Of a stretch of DNA of 64,000 bases, positions 27,854 to 40,759 are shown piece after piece. The stretch is taken from contig CBFFRP010000397.1 in assembly GCA_965644295.1 (NCBI GenBank), forward strand, positions 124,001 to 188,000. The letters are read 5' to 3'. Below the pieces are notes generated by a model. It saw only the letters and a program-made list of their open reading frames with translations. It made no database searches and was not told the DNA's origin. The DNA is from Paraphysomonas bandaiensis (taxonomy: Eukaryota > Protista > Chrysophyceae). Position 1 is the first letter of the stretch. The number at the start of each line of letters is the position of its first letter. The position numbers and the translations under genes are program-made.

Positions 27854-28157
27854 TTTCACGGAAATACGAATGAATTTCTTCCCTAGATTTCATTCCCCAC
27901 TTCCATAGCCGGGTAGACGGGTGAGATGGGACCGAGTGCATACAACGTATGAAATTTACCAAATAAAAAGTACGGATATCATATATACGATTTCTGATTG
28001 GTTATTGTCGTCGTACGGAAGTGGAAAATTTGAAGAAGTGCGACTAATATGGTCATCTGAATAATGAGGCATATGCCCTCACTCGCATCTATTCGTATCT
28101 TGTCATATATTATATCTTCTCATATATCTGGCATTATATAACTTCATAATTACAACC

Positions 28158-29222
28158 ATGACTAATCCAGCCCCTTTTGATTTCGACCAGATGTTTGCGG
28201 AGCTCAACATCAGCACTGACTCGTATTCCTCTGATGGATATGACGCCTATGACTCTCCTCCATATGAACCTATCGCACCCCTCTCTGATCATATCACCCC
28301 TCTCTCTGATCCCTATCAGCAACCCTCTTCACCTATCAATTACGAGTATGAGGTGCGATTTAGGTGTACCAAAGACACGTTTGTCTTATCGGATGAGTGC
28401 ATTCAGCAGAAGGTCACCATCAACATAGGTGACTTGGTCATTGTAGAGACTGATTCAGGATTCGATGCTGGTGTTGTGCATGTCATTAATTCAAAGCGCG
28501 TCAACCCAATGTGCAAGTACATGCCCACACCTGTTCTACGTCGTATATTATGTCGTGCGTCCATGGAGCACTACAAATACCTTCGCGAGAACAGGGATGA
28601 AGAAGATCGTGCTGTAATGCTGTGTGGTTATCTGGCCAAGCAGAAACGTGTTCCAATTAGCATTGTGGCTGCAGAAATGCAGTACGATAGGAAGAAATTG
28701 ACCATAATTTATACTTCTGGTGAGCGTGTTGACTTCAGAGAACTTGTTAAGAATATGTACCAAGAGTTTCGTATGCGCATATGGATGCAGCGTGTTACCC
28801 CTTCTGAAGCGATGTACTTGATATCAAGTACTACGAATTCGTCATCTGCTAATTTACCCCCTGGTTCTGGGTTTACTCCGTCGACTTTGTCAAGTGCTCG
28901 TGTGACTGCTCTCAACACGGAGCGAGCTGTTTATATGGTTGATCCCGCATCCACTATATCTCCAAGACGACATTCCCATCAGTCACTCGTATCCGCTGAC
29001 TCTAATGGAGGTAAATCCGTTAAACACTCACTCTACTCTCGATCACACTCAGATGGGGGATCCAGTCGATATGGAGTCGACCCGTACCAACCTGTGCCTC
29101 AAACTCGATCAACTACCTCCCAACATTTTGACCAGAACAGCTTATGTTCTGACCCAGTAGTTCCTAAAATTTGGGCATATAACTCCTTAAATCCGTCTTC
29201 TAACATCACTAATATGCGGTAG
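28158..29222 (+). CDS. PSP1 C-terminal (RicT/YaaT-like) domain protein
   Basis: GDLVIVETDSGFDAG...ILCRAS...AEMQYDRKKLTIIY...RVDFRELVKNMYQEFRMRIWM. Confidence 0.88.
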   Translation: MTNPAPFDFDQMFAELNISTDSYSSDGYDAYDSPPYEPIAPLSDHITPLSDPYQQPSSPINYEYEVRFRCTKDTFVLSDECIQQKVTINIGDLVIVETDSGFDAGVVHVINSKRVNPMCKYMPTPVLRRILCRASMEHYKYLRENRDEEDRAVMLCGYLAKQKRVPISIVAAEMQYDRKKLTIIYTSGERVDFRELVKNMYQEFRMRIWMQRVTPSEAMYLISSTTNSSSANLPPGSGFTPSTLSSARVTALNTERAVYMVDPASTISPRRHSHQSLVSADSNGGKSVKHSLYSRSHSDGGSSRYGVDPYQPVPQTRSTTSQHFDQNSLCSDPVVPKIWAYNSLNPSSNITNMR

Positions 29223-29998
29223 ATGGATACGATGCGCGATACGTACTCGGTATTGTTGGCATTGTCGAACTTCTATGCTCTCAGCAGCTCTTCTATGTGA
29301 CTGAAAGAATTTTATTGGTGTCTCTTATGCGAGAGACACATATCAGATCTCACCCGGAAATGGTTCGTATTGTCTGGGTCTTCTTGTTTTCATAAAATAT
29401 ATACCGGTATTCCCACTTCTATCTTCTATGGTAGTTGTCCGTTGAATAGCATTTTTAACTTTAAATAACTAAAACGATTTACATGATGAAAATTGCTTCT
29501 TATTTAGTCAGCTGTGAGATATCCAGATATCGAGGATATCACTTCTCGACGTTACCTTTTTTACTTTTTTACAAACTACGCGTATAAATACTACATGCAG
29601 AGAAATCTCGAACAAATCGGCTTGACACTGACTCCTCCTCGCTCTGTCAAAATTTGCTTGCAAGAAGCCATTAGGTTGCTCTCATAACACTAGGTGTCAC
29701 CCCAAGAATATAGTTAGGAATTATGTCGAAATCCAGCGAATTGTAACTCGCCAGTGGAATAAACTGGTAGCAGACATCATTTGCTGCTATAAAGTGGCCA
29801 AACTAATCGCTATTAGCAAACCACTACCAGTAAAACAGAGAAACGATCACGACTTACACCGCAAGTACACCCCAGTATTCATTAGGCACTAACAAACACA
29901 TAATAACACGTCACATCATGTCAAAAATAACTAGATTATATAGATTCTCAGGAAAATACGATCCGTTTCATCGTTTTTCTCTTCGTAACTCCCTGATA

Positions 29999-31127
29999 CT
30001 ACCAGGTGTTTGATCCCTGCATCATATACAACGGCACATGCGAAGTTCGACCCTGATGTTGTTGGTGCTGAGTGTAAGGTACGTAGTCCTGCGTATGAGA
30101 CTTCGATTGTGCTGATGGAAGTAGTGGGGTACCGGATGGCGCTGATGTATCCGACAGGTTCTTGAGAAGGTGCGTGAGCCATCGCTGCACGGCCTCCTCT
30201 GATCTTATTACTTCCCCGAACGACTGGTCAGTGAGTGCCTCCGGTAGACACTGGCGCAATGCCTCGCGTGCTCTGGGGTGCTCAGACAACCGTAGATAGC
30301 ACCGAACAATATGCTTGAGGAGCCGTACGGAAGAATGTTCCAGTAGTTTGGTCACCATACCTGAGAGTACTGTGCTAACCGCATAAAACCGCTCGGCCGT
30401 AGAACAAATATATGTGAGTCCTGTGTCGTCTAACAGAATCTTCTGGACGATAAAAGTTGCAACAGTTTTAGAAAGCTCGGACCCTGTATCCATGATCCGC
30501 AAACACAAGGGGACTATCTCAGTTTGCAGTAAAAAGCTAACAACATCCGGGTCATCAACCTTCGCGCAACGATTAAATGCGTAATGGACGACAGAAGTTA
30601 TCCTTATACCTTCACAAGTGCACCGATAACACCTAAAGATGTTAGGCGTAAAAATTCAAAGGGGCGTTGTCTTGACACAGTATTTAGGAAGGGGTATAAG
30701 TACAACGGAACATGTGCTAAAATCAACGCCGTTAGTAGTTATCTTTCGATCAGGTATTGCAAGGAGATACCATTTATCAAACACAACTTCGTCTCAGAGT
30801 GAGAAGCAAGGCATTGCAAGAGGGCAAGCGCATTGCACACTCTGTTACTTGCATGTGGGGTCAGGGTTGGCGGAGAAAGCATAGGGTAAATGTTTATTAT
30901 TTCTTGAATTAAAGCAGCAATAGTTCCGAAAGAGTGCCATAATACCGGCGCCAAATCTGGAAATGCTTCTCTCTTTTTACTTAACTCAAGCAATGCTGCT
31001 TCTCGCTAACGTACATAACATAATAACATCATTCTCTATAAGAATAAGTTATAGTATCTATTACCTGTTCAACATTAGTGAGTTGTGAAACCAACGGATA
31101 CAAGTCTTTAATATCCTCTTTACTCAT
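29999..31127 (-). CDS. CNOT9: CCR4-NOT subunit 9 (Rcd1/CAF40)
   Basis: [55 protein letters not shown]; three introns. Confidence 0.97.
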
Positions 31128-31590
31128 ACTTAACAACAGAAGATAATGCTACCGTCTCTGTTTAATATATGTACACACTACACTAATATATTGTCACACA
31201 ACCCCACCCTTCAAGTCTCCTCAAATAACGTTACAATTTATCGAATAGTTCTATTAACACTGTCGAGATGCCATGATGAGCTCTACCCTCTACAGCAGCG
31301 CATATATTAATACACAGCAACAGCATGTATATAATACACAGAGCAACACACTGCACGATGTCAGATTCGCATATTTTTTTGCCTTTTCATCTAGATTTTT
31401 AGCTTTTTATGGTCATGTTTCCGCAATTTCTCAAAATCATTCATTTCTAGAGTCCATGCATGGATTTCAGTGAACAATGTCCAACAGTGCACTGAGGTGG
31501 AATAGGATTCATAACGTCATCAATAACTCCTTCAATTCTATACTGTAGAGGTAATTGATATTGCTTCTGCTCTTAATTCAAGGTAAGGGG

Positions 31591-32157
31591 ATGGTAGATT
31601 CCTTTTTCGATGAGGTGTATCCAACGGCACACAGTATGACGCCTGTAGCTCTTGTTATTCTATGCAGCGCTCTATGTGGTGCAATGCTAATAAAATTAGC
31701 ACATATTAGTTTTCAGCGCCCCCACGAAGAGCATGATATACGTCTAATACTCACGCGAGCTCAGCGGTTGCTGCTATGCTACGATACCTTGGTGAGCAAT
31801 AATATATTGGATGCAAATGCCAATTCCCTGCCAACCCTCATTGAAAGGTGCGAGGAGTTATTAAAAGCCTCCGGTAGACGAAAGGAACGGATTCAATGTT
31901 TGTGCGATGAAGTCAATATGTTAGAGAAGGACTTGCAATTAAGTTTATCAATGCAACTGGCGATTCGACAATCACGATTACAGGCAACAATAGAAGCAAC
32001 TAATAGTCGATTACAGCAACTCGCCACTTCCCTTCGATCCAAGTCACCTTATACATCAATGAATACTCAGATCTTAGAAGCCGATGGTGATGAGGATGAT
32101 GCCACTATAAATTCCTATTTGGTAAACAGATACATAGAGCAACAGATTTCGTCATGA
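31591..32157 (+). CDS. Hypothetical single-pass membrane coiled-coil protein (start uncertain)
   Basis: Hydrophobic VALVILCSALCGAMLIKLA followed by heptad repeats; divergent from CNOT9. Confidence 0.55.
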   Translation: MVDSFFDEVYPTAHSMTPVALVILCSALCGAMLIKLAHISFQRPHEEHDIRLILTRAQRLLLCYDTLVSNNILDANANSLPTLIERCEELLKASGRRKERIQCLCDEVNMLEKDLQLSLSMQLAIRQSRLQATIEATNSRLQQLATSLRSKSPYTSMNTQILEADGDEDDATINSYLVNRYIEQQISS

Positions 32158-33412
32158 CAATTGTCGTGGTTATATATTGCATAGTATTAAGCATCACCAT
32201 ACTGTTTCTAAGTAAGTCAAATACCAATTTCCCTTAGAGTTAGTTAAGAGACAAGTTGGGAGTTTAGGTATGTCAGCATTACCCAACAAAAACGAGAGAA
32301 AAGCAACTGATATGTAGCATCACAGTTGCATTGTTAATTTTAAAATTTTCCTTTGTCTTCAGTCTTTGATAGTAAAGTGGAGTATATGATGAATTTATTC
32401 ATGCCACGCAATTGTACTCATAAATTAAATACAGTGGCGTCACAAGTTCTAGCTTAAAGAGACTAGACTAAGGTTAACGTCGTCATTTTGATTGGAATGA
32501 CGTGATCATAAGTTTGCCACTTCCGTTGCTTATATCGTAGACAATGTTAGCTGCATTTTAAATACTAGCAATCAGAGGTACTAAAAATGTAGATTTAAAA
32601 TATTCAAATAGCTTCTTGCAGTGACTATAGCTCGGTACAAGTAAATTCAAAGTATACTGTTAATTTGCAGCTACATCCGCGAGTATGCATATCAGTCGGT
32701 TTGGTACTTTATTGTACACTCATATCTCTAATGACAAATATATCGGTTATTGAGCAATGCTCTAGTAAATTCTACAGGTGTCCATTTTGAGGGAATAGCA
32801 ATCACTCGCACTCGGTGTAGAGATTTCATACTTCACTATTCAGAATATAAAGTATCCAAGGTTTAAGGTTACTGCAATTCTTCACTAATCGATAATCGAG
32901 ACTTAATATATGACAAAATAATTGCATACATCTATTATCAGAGACACGATACATATTGTCAGTCACGTTCTAACATGAAGGTCAACGATATTTCGCAGTG
33001 TTTAATACCCGCCCAAACATGTTTGAATATCTTTGATCACACAGTGTATTGTCGATTTCACTAATCCGCAGTGCTGAAGCTCGATCATATATCAGAGAAC
33101 TTAATGATTGCACTAATCATGTCCAAAACCATAGGTGTTGGAATTGTTATAATCCACATGATTCAAAGTGCTACGAGATCCAACTGCTGTCTGGACTGCA
33201 ATTACCATTCAAACTACATACCGATTTTACTTAATCAATACTGTCCAATATGTTGACATTACATAAGTTTTAAGATATTATGATTTTAGCCACTTGTGAT
33301 GTCCATAATGGATGTGGTGGCCATTCCCACATATATCCGTGCATAGCATAATTATAGATGCCACCCCAAGAAGACGGAGCATTATTTACATACATAGTCA
33401 AAAATTGACAAA

Positions 33413-33532
33413 AACGGACAGTACCCGGACTTCGCACGTGGTCACCCACCGTACTACTAACCGGGCCAGATGCAACTTAACTTCCGCGAGCGGAACGAGA
33501 GCGGGTGCGGTTTGCATTGTATGACCGTCCAT
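33413..33532 (-). rRNA. 5S rRNA gene (solitary copy 1)
   Basis: 120 nt, identical by eye to 40421-40540. Helix I AUGGACGG/CUGUCCGU, box A-like AGTTAAG, TTAGTA, box C-like GGTGGGTGACC, and a T5 Pol III terminator. Confidence 0.93.
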
Positions 33533-33721
33533 ACTGAGTCGACTTGATTACAGAAATATAAATGCAAAAATATATACTGGAGATGTGTGTGTATCAGAAG
33601 TGGAGTTAGATTCAGAGTATATGATTAGAACACATACAGCATTAAGCACAGCACTATCTTTACCTCACTTACAACATATACACATTACTATATATTGAAA
33701 CTAATCTATACATACATCAAT

Positions 33722-35185
33722 ATGAAGCTATTCACATCTCTTCTATTATCACTTTGTTGTTATATTGCCATATCAAAGAAATCTCCTCGTAGGCCTGGTA
33801 ATACACAGATAGAGAAGAAACCACCCCTTGTAGTCCTTATCACTGGTTGTTCGAGTGGTATTGGTAAAAGTACAGCTATTGAATTTAGTAAATCCGATAA
33901 ATATATTGTATGGGCTACAATGAGGTCTACATCTGTATGGGATGTACCTGCTAGAGACAATCTGAGAACAGCAGTGATGGATGTAACATCTGAAGATAGC
34001 ATTAACAGTGTGGTTCAAAATATAATTGAAACAGATGGTAAAATTGATATTGTTGTTAATAATGCTGGTTATGGTGTTGTTGGAACTGTTGAATCTGTCA
34101 AGTTATCAGAGGCTAAGGTAAGCGTTTCCTTTTTCTGTCCACTAAACCCTGAGATATTGCAGGATGTCTTTGATGTTAACTTTTGGGGAGTTGTGAGAGT
34201 ATTGCAAGCAGGTAAATCAGTTTACCACTAGTACTGCCTTAAGATTACGTTCCAAAATCGTCTAGTATTACCACATATGCGGAAGGCTGCTCGTGGTCAT
34301 GTGATTAACCTCAGGTCTGTACACGTTACAGCGCCACACCACACAATGTTGATTTCCTATTATCAGTTCTACAAGTGGTCTTAGAGGACTACCTGCTGCC
34401 GAGTTCTATACTGGTAAAGGTGACTTACGAATACAACTTTTTGATGTTATTTTGCAGCGAGCAAATTTGCACTGGAGGGATTAGCGGACAGCATGAGGTG
34501 AGCAGCATGAGGGATTGAAACAGTGTGTGACAGAAACATTCATTGCAGGTACAGCCTGGCGCCTTTTAACATTGCGGTTACAAATGTAAATCCTGGCCCC
34601 GTTGCGTAAGTGTTGCTTTCTCTCACTTCTGTACACTTTTAAATGCACACTTTTACAGAACTTCCTTCGTCGATAAGTTTGGTAACGCGAATGTGGGGGG
34701 CCGGGGTACTCGAGAGCCCGAGGATCCCACCGGTTATCTAGCATCTCTTGCTGACCGTAATATCGCAAGCCTAGCTAGTCGCATTAGAAGCGATGAAGGG
34801 CAGTCCAGTGAAGAGGTTGCAAGAGTGAGTTATGCAACACCACTGTCGCTGCCTGCATATAATGAAGTATTAGGTTGTTGTGAATGTCGCTATACTCGGA
34901 CAAGAAGCTAAAAAGCCCTCTGATGTCCCTCTTAACATTGGTACCAATCATAAGACCCAGGTAATAGTTGAGTGGGTGCAGTAATTGTAACCTCATTGCT
35001 GTGCAGGCACTCATTGACACGGTGAAACGGCATCCAACAGGTTCGCAATACCCCCAATTACATTGTTGTTTTGACATTATTGAATCTTTGCGTTTTCAGG
35101 TTGGGGAGGACTGTACAGTGATATCATGCTCAATATGCCACCGTTGACTCATACAGATGAAACTGCTCTGCAGGATGAGCTCTAG
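33722..35185 (+). CDS. Classical short-chain dehydrogenase/reductase with signal peptide and C-terminal QDEL
   Basis: TGCSSGIG, VNNAG, YTASKF and NPGPV motifs; many short introns; ends ETALQDEL*. Confidence 0.92.
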
Positions 35186-35574
35186 ACTGTTGCAAAACGC
35201 GAGATTAGATCATTGTTGTATGTCGCATTTGTTGACAATATAATTAATAATACAACCGATTGAAGTTATATTGGTGGGGTAGTGTTCAGCTCTGTGTTGT
35301 CGTGCTGTTATGATATTTAGCGCTTTGAAAGCTGATTTGGCTCCTAGATCGTTCTCACCGATGTTGCTTGCTTGATTTGCACATTATATTTAGTTCCTTC
35401 TATTTTAAATTATAGTAAACTCAGAACAATTCAGTGTTTCATTCATCTTTTAAAACCTGATATATGAGGCTATAGATCTCGAAAGAAATTATCGATACAA
35501 TGGCACCCTGCCCTGGACGCTTTGTCAGCAACAGGACATCAAGCTCCATCATTAAGATTTGTCCTAGTAGTGAA

Positions 35575-35690
35575 TCCTGAAGTCAGCAGATGTCAAGTAT
35601 ATTAACATTCTGCTTGCTCACTGGGTTACCATTGAGTGATAGAGCGAAAGTAGTTGCACCGTGGTGCCTGCGGTGACTCACAAGCAGCTT
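35575..35690 (-). repeat. Family X fragment, copy 2
   Basis: Aligns to 20636-20745. Confidence 0.7.
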
Positions 35691-36185
35691 TTGAAGCGCA
35701 AGTAGTAGGATATCAGAGTTAAGTGCTACTTAGTTACATTGCAATGCTACAATGGCTCTTACTCTTCACAGATCCATATTTCATATTTTCACCGATCTTA
35801 GTATTATTCATTATCACACCTACGTCCCACTTTCCTAATCGCTTATGAGCACTATATGCATTGTAATAGACTCAAACTGTATGTAATGAAGTGTAAGAAA
35901 AGAGCACCTTTGGAAATTTCATATCGTGATATCATAATGAAACTTGTATTATTACATGCTTTTAATCAGAACGTTTATGATCTGCACCACGCATATTCTA
36001 ATTCGGACTTGCAAGCTAAAATGCCAGTGAACTGTATGTGCACACATCTTTCGCCCCAAGGTAGTGGTATCATTACAAAAATCCACATTGAATAATTTCA
36101 CACCACGGTGCAGAAACGTATTGAATTTTTATTCCAAATCGCCACAACATATATACGCCTCATGTCGGAACACATATTTAAGTAT

Positions 36186-37289
36186 TTATTTTCCTGGCTG
36201 TCGAAACAATGTTGACCTTGTGTACATTGCTTTCGGAGGGCTGCTGGGAGCCCATGCACGCCTATCTTTAATTTTCTCGTCCAACCTACGTTGTCGTGAA
36301 GTTAACCCATAATAAGAACATATAGCAGTACATGGTCCTGTACATACATGTCTTCTTGTTGCACCATCGGTAACAAGCGTGTGGAGAGCATCGCAGTCCG
36401 AATCTTCTTCTCATCATAAGGATCCGCGAGATGGGCAGGATATTCACTAAACGTGCCGTAGAGTGGCCCACCAGCTTTAGACGGGCTGGAGGGGCGGAAC
36501 GCTTTACTCTCACCGTCTCCCTTGGCGGTTTGTGTAGTGTGAGGTCGACTTATGGGGGACGTGAAGGGTTTCGTGCTCACCGCAGGCTACAGCAGTAAGA
36601 TTACAACACCAACACATGCATAAATAACCTACCTTGTCTTCATCAGACAAGGGCTTTCCCAGTATATCTTCAACGGAAACTTTGAACGGGGGCTTGCCGT
36701 CCATTAACTCACGAGAAGTTCTATGGAGTTCCTACTCAACTGTTACATACATAAAAAGCCAATACACTACAAAACTTACCCTCTCTTTGTTTTCATATGC
36801 GTCATATTCACTGGCAACGTATTCTGTCTCAGTGAAATGTATTTTCGGGGTTGAAGCTTGTCCACCAGTAGCCTTCCGTGGAGGATTTGTATATATTTTC
36901 CGTGGTGCAATTTCCTTTTTTGCTTCACGGGGTTTATTCCTTGGTTCATGTCTTCCTTCCGGCATATGTTGATAGGGTTTTGTAAATGTTCCATTATAAT
37001 CCCCTACACTTGATGATTTTTTTAATGAAGATGGATGAGAGAATCCATTCGGTGTTAAGAATCCTTGTCTACCCTTTAAACGTTGTGCTGCTAATACTTT
37101 AGCATTATCAATATGTGTTTCTCCCTCATATAATCTATTAAACTTTCCAGGTATACCTTTACCTACACCAAATTGACGTAATCCTTTAGATGATCCATGT
37201 GAGCTAAGAGAATGTTTCGCTTTATCATAATATGGATCCCCAACACTATTTGTTATAGGTGGGGAGAATAATCCACCTTGATATGGCAT
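36186..37289 (-). CDS. CFAP96: Cilia- and flagella-associated protein 96 (C4orf47/DUF4586)
   Basis: GLFS...VGDPY, FNRLYEGE, IYTNPPRK and FRPSSPSKAGG..GTFSEYPAHLADPY match remembered C4orf47 motifs. Confidence 0.85.
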
Positions 37290-38043
37290 TAGTAGAAAGA
37301 TAGACTATAGAATAGTAATGTGTTTGTAATGTATGTTATGTATGTATGGTGATATGAATCAATCTATAGAACATCATACAACTATATGAGCTTATTATGC
37401 TTGTATTAGTAAGTGAAATTTCAATGACTTTTCAATGATGATAATTTTGCTTGAGGATATATACCCACTTCGACTCTTCGCTTATACATGTATGTCTGGA
37501 CTAGTCACGTTTACTGGGTGCCCATCTTCACCGTTTCACATAATATTATTGACCAATCATATAGGATTGATTGGATATGGACAACTACTAGCGAATATGT
37601 AGGGAGGTGAATACATGAGTGGATGGTGTGTATAAAAACTACGTATACCATATACCAGTATACCTAACCGTATACCAGATACCACATATCTTCATATCCT
37701 CATATCTTATATCTAGATAACTACATATACATGTATATAGCAATTGCCCACTCCGCTCATGTTATTGTTATGTCATTTTACTGTTGAATGAATCTATTTG
37801 TCTATGTTTAACTCTGATGTATTCCTCAGTTCTTGTCTTCCAGACATGGTAGAGCACAGTGCGGTGTATAGGTTCATGTGTAGATCTATAGAGACATGTG
37901 GCTCTGTACATTGGATTGACTGAATTATATTCCCTATTTATTAGTTTTAATCTTTGATAATGAAGTATGTCAATGTGTTATGTGAAAACAGTTGTTATTA
38001 CTTTTATCTATGTCAATAGATGTGCTACGGTCATCCTTTCACT

Positions 38044-38730
38044 CAGGGCTAGGAAACAATATATTGAATTGCAATACATTGTACAATATATTGCGGCCAA
38101 AAGTCCCATCAATGTTGTTTCTGTTAAAGTATCTCACAATATATTGCACTCAATATTATGATAGTCTTATAAGAGAAGATTATCAACTGTAGGGTGCAAA
38201 ATGGATATAAATAACCGAGAAATTGATTACAACATTGCAGAGGATGATGAAACTGATGTTGACTATGCAAATAAAAATATTCAGTCAGCTCAAAAACTTA
38301 AGAAACGTACAGGTCCACGAGTCATTAACGGTTACCAGGCTCTGGTATGTACTTCCAACACATGGGAGCGTCTGTTCAGCGCAGCTAAACATATTATATC
38401 AGTGTCTCCCAAAAGTATCCATCCTACTTAATATACTGTTGTTTCTGAAAGCGATTCGACAGTTGTGGCCGAATACTAGCATATTTTAATAAATTTTGTG
38501 GATGAATATGGCGATGTTGACGTCACCGATGATGGCTCAGAGGGTGAGGACGAGGTGGATTTTTATTAGCTATAAGCAGTAGTTGGTTTGGTTGTCATGT
38601 GATCTTAATGACTAATACTAAAAATGAAATCTATGGATGTGTTTACTTACTGATTAGTCATACTAATATATTGCAATAGTATTGATTGAACGCTCTCTAA
38701 CAATAGTATTGCAATATATTGTTTCCTAGA
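38044..38730 (+). mobile_element. Internally deleted hAT element carrying the transposase C-terminus; 8-bp TSD ctttcact
   Basis: Left TIR cagggctaggaaacaatatattg; right caatatattgtttcctaga (terminal bases lost); ctttcact at 38036-38043 and 38731-38738; internal TSNTWERLFSAAKHII...LNILLFLKAIRQLW. Confidence 0.88.
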
Positions 38731-39183
38731 CTTTCACTTGTGTCGTAGGTCACGTGGTCCTCCCCAACTATAGCAATCTAGTCGTCAACTTTTCCGACTT
38801 TGTAACTGCTAGATTTTAAAGTCATGAATTTGTTATATATGATTTCGACTGATCATCTGTCTATAACGCTATAACGTATGTCCTCGATCACAATTTTCCT
38901 GTAAGAAGGTCAATTCCCCCTCAGAACGAGACATACTTAGCCCCTAATTGCACATAGCTAACTTACATGTTTTGAAAGTTTATGACGCCATGAAATAACC
39001 CTACCTAGTATATAGTAATATTTAACCACGAGCGTAATACGCACCCATATCTCAATGAAAGATGGGTGGCGATATCAATTATTAGTGAGATAATTACACA
39101 TACTACGACGTTATAAGTCTATACAACAGTTCGACCACGAATAATAGTGACACTAGCATGTACCCACGTAGAACTATACACTA

Positions 39184-40161
39184 TTAACAGCATTTGGACG
39201 ACTTTTTCTTAGAAGGCAAATCAAATACAACTGCAGAATCTTGCGACTCGGACTCTCGTAGCTCAGCAAGTCCGCCGCGATTATTATCAAAAACTAACTG
39301 AGCAACGGCCTTGAATACCTAAATTGAAGTAACACGAAAACAGTTATAAGAAATCTTCGAAAGCTTATGCAGTGAGCGCAATATAATACGCATTAATGCA
39401 GGTATAATTATACCTCCTCGACATTGCTCCCGCTGGACGCGCTTGTTTCGAACACTGGTAGATTATTCTCTTGAGCGAACAGGGTGAACTGTTCCCGACT
39501 GACTTCCCACATCTCAACCGGGAGATCTGTTTTGTTCGCACACAGGACAATCTCACAATCTCTTGGGGCGTCCTGTTTATATACCGTTAAAATAATGAAA
39601 TGATACAGCTCTATGTACACGTGCACAAGATAGGCGCGGTAAATACCCTTTTAATATCTCTGATCCAAGCTGGCAATGAACGAAATGACTCTTCCAGGGA
39701 TACATCAAACACAAGTATTATGCCGTGTCCCTTGTTGTAAAACGCAGCTGTCATTGATTTAAATCTCTCCTGACCTGATAGGCATTTCACATGCGTACTA
39801 CAGCTTACCACAACATACCTGCTGTGTCCCAGATCTATACAGTACAAATCATTAATATGAACGAATTTATATATTTTGTAACTGACCTGTAACTTAACGT
39901 TTTCACCATCAATTTCCACCTCTTTGGCTTTGTAATCCACTCCTGTATTTAAAATGAGAGGTGTTGCTGTAATATTATTCAAGCAATAAAAATACCTATT
40001 GTGGTTTTCTGATGCACAATGAATTGACCCTCATGAAATCTGATAAGCAAACTCGTCTTCCCGACACCTAACACGACATATATGACCTGTCAAATATAAC
40101 ATCCACCAGGAGCATGTAACTCACCTGTATCACCAACAATAAGCAGTCGGAGTAGATACAT
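39184..40161 (-). CDS. Rab GTPase (Rab8/Rab1-like)
   Basis: GDTGVGKTS, TTIGVDY, WDTAGQERF, NKTDL and ETSA motifs; C-terminal KCC prenylation site; multi-exon. Confidence 0.93.
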
Positions 40162-40420
40162 AACTAATAAGTAGAGAAAATTAAAAGACCACTACTAAAC
40201 TACCAGTTGTAAAATTGAGTCGATTAATATTAACACCGACACAATGTGATCGTGATGATATGATTATATATATATAGCCACAAGGAGGATTCAATGCCCT
40301 CAAAGCATATACCTTTACACTGTATATACCATACTACATACAGCAGTAGGAATTCCTATACAGATGAGGGGCTACTGCGATACAAGTGTATTTGTATAGT
40401 CAAAAACAAGTCGACTCGGT

Positions 40421-40540
40421 ATGGACGGTCATACAATGCAAACCGCACCCGCTCTCGTTCCGCTCGCGGAAGTTAAGTTGCATCTGGCCCGGTTAGTAGT
40501 ACGGTGGGTGACCACGTGCGAAGTCCGGGTACTGTCCGTT
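40421..40540 (+). rRNA. 5S rRNA gene (solitary copy 2)
   Basis: atggacggtcatac...gaagttaag...ttagtagtacggtgggtgacc...gaagtccgggtactgtccg followed by TTTTT. Confidence 0.93.
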
Positions 40541-40759
40541 TTTGACTATTTTTTGCTATCCACATTTTGACATCATCATCAGCAGATCCCTGTAGTATAT
40601 TCACTGAATATTTGTTTTGAAATTTGAACCGAGAGATGTGTGTTGTTATCATATCCACGTCTAAGTGTGTCACTGTGTATGATATCAACCACAACTCTCA
40701 TACCCCTCTATATTAACCAACTTCTATAAGTAACTATCTTTAACTTCAATAATATTAAC

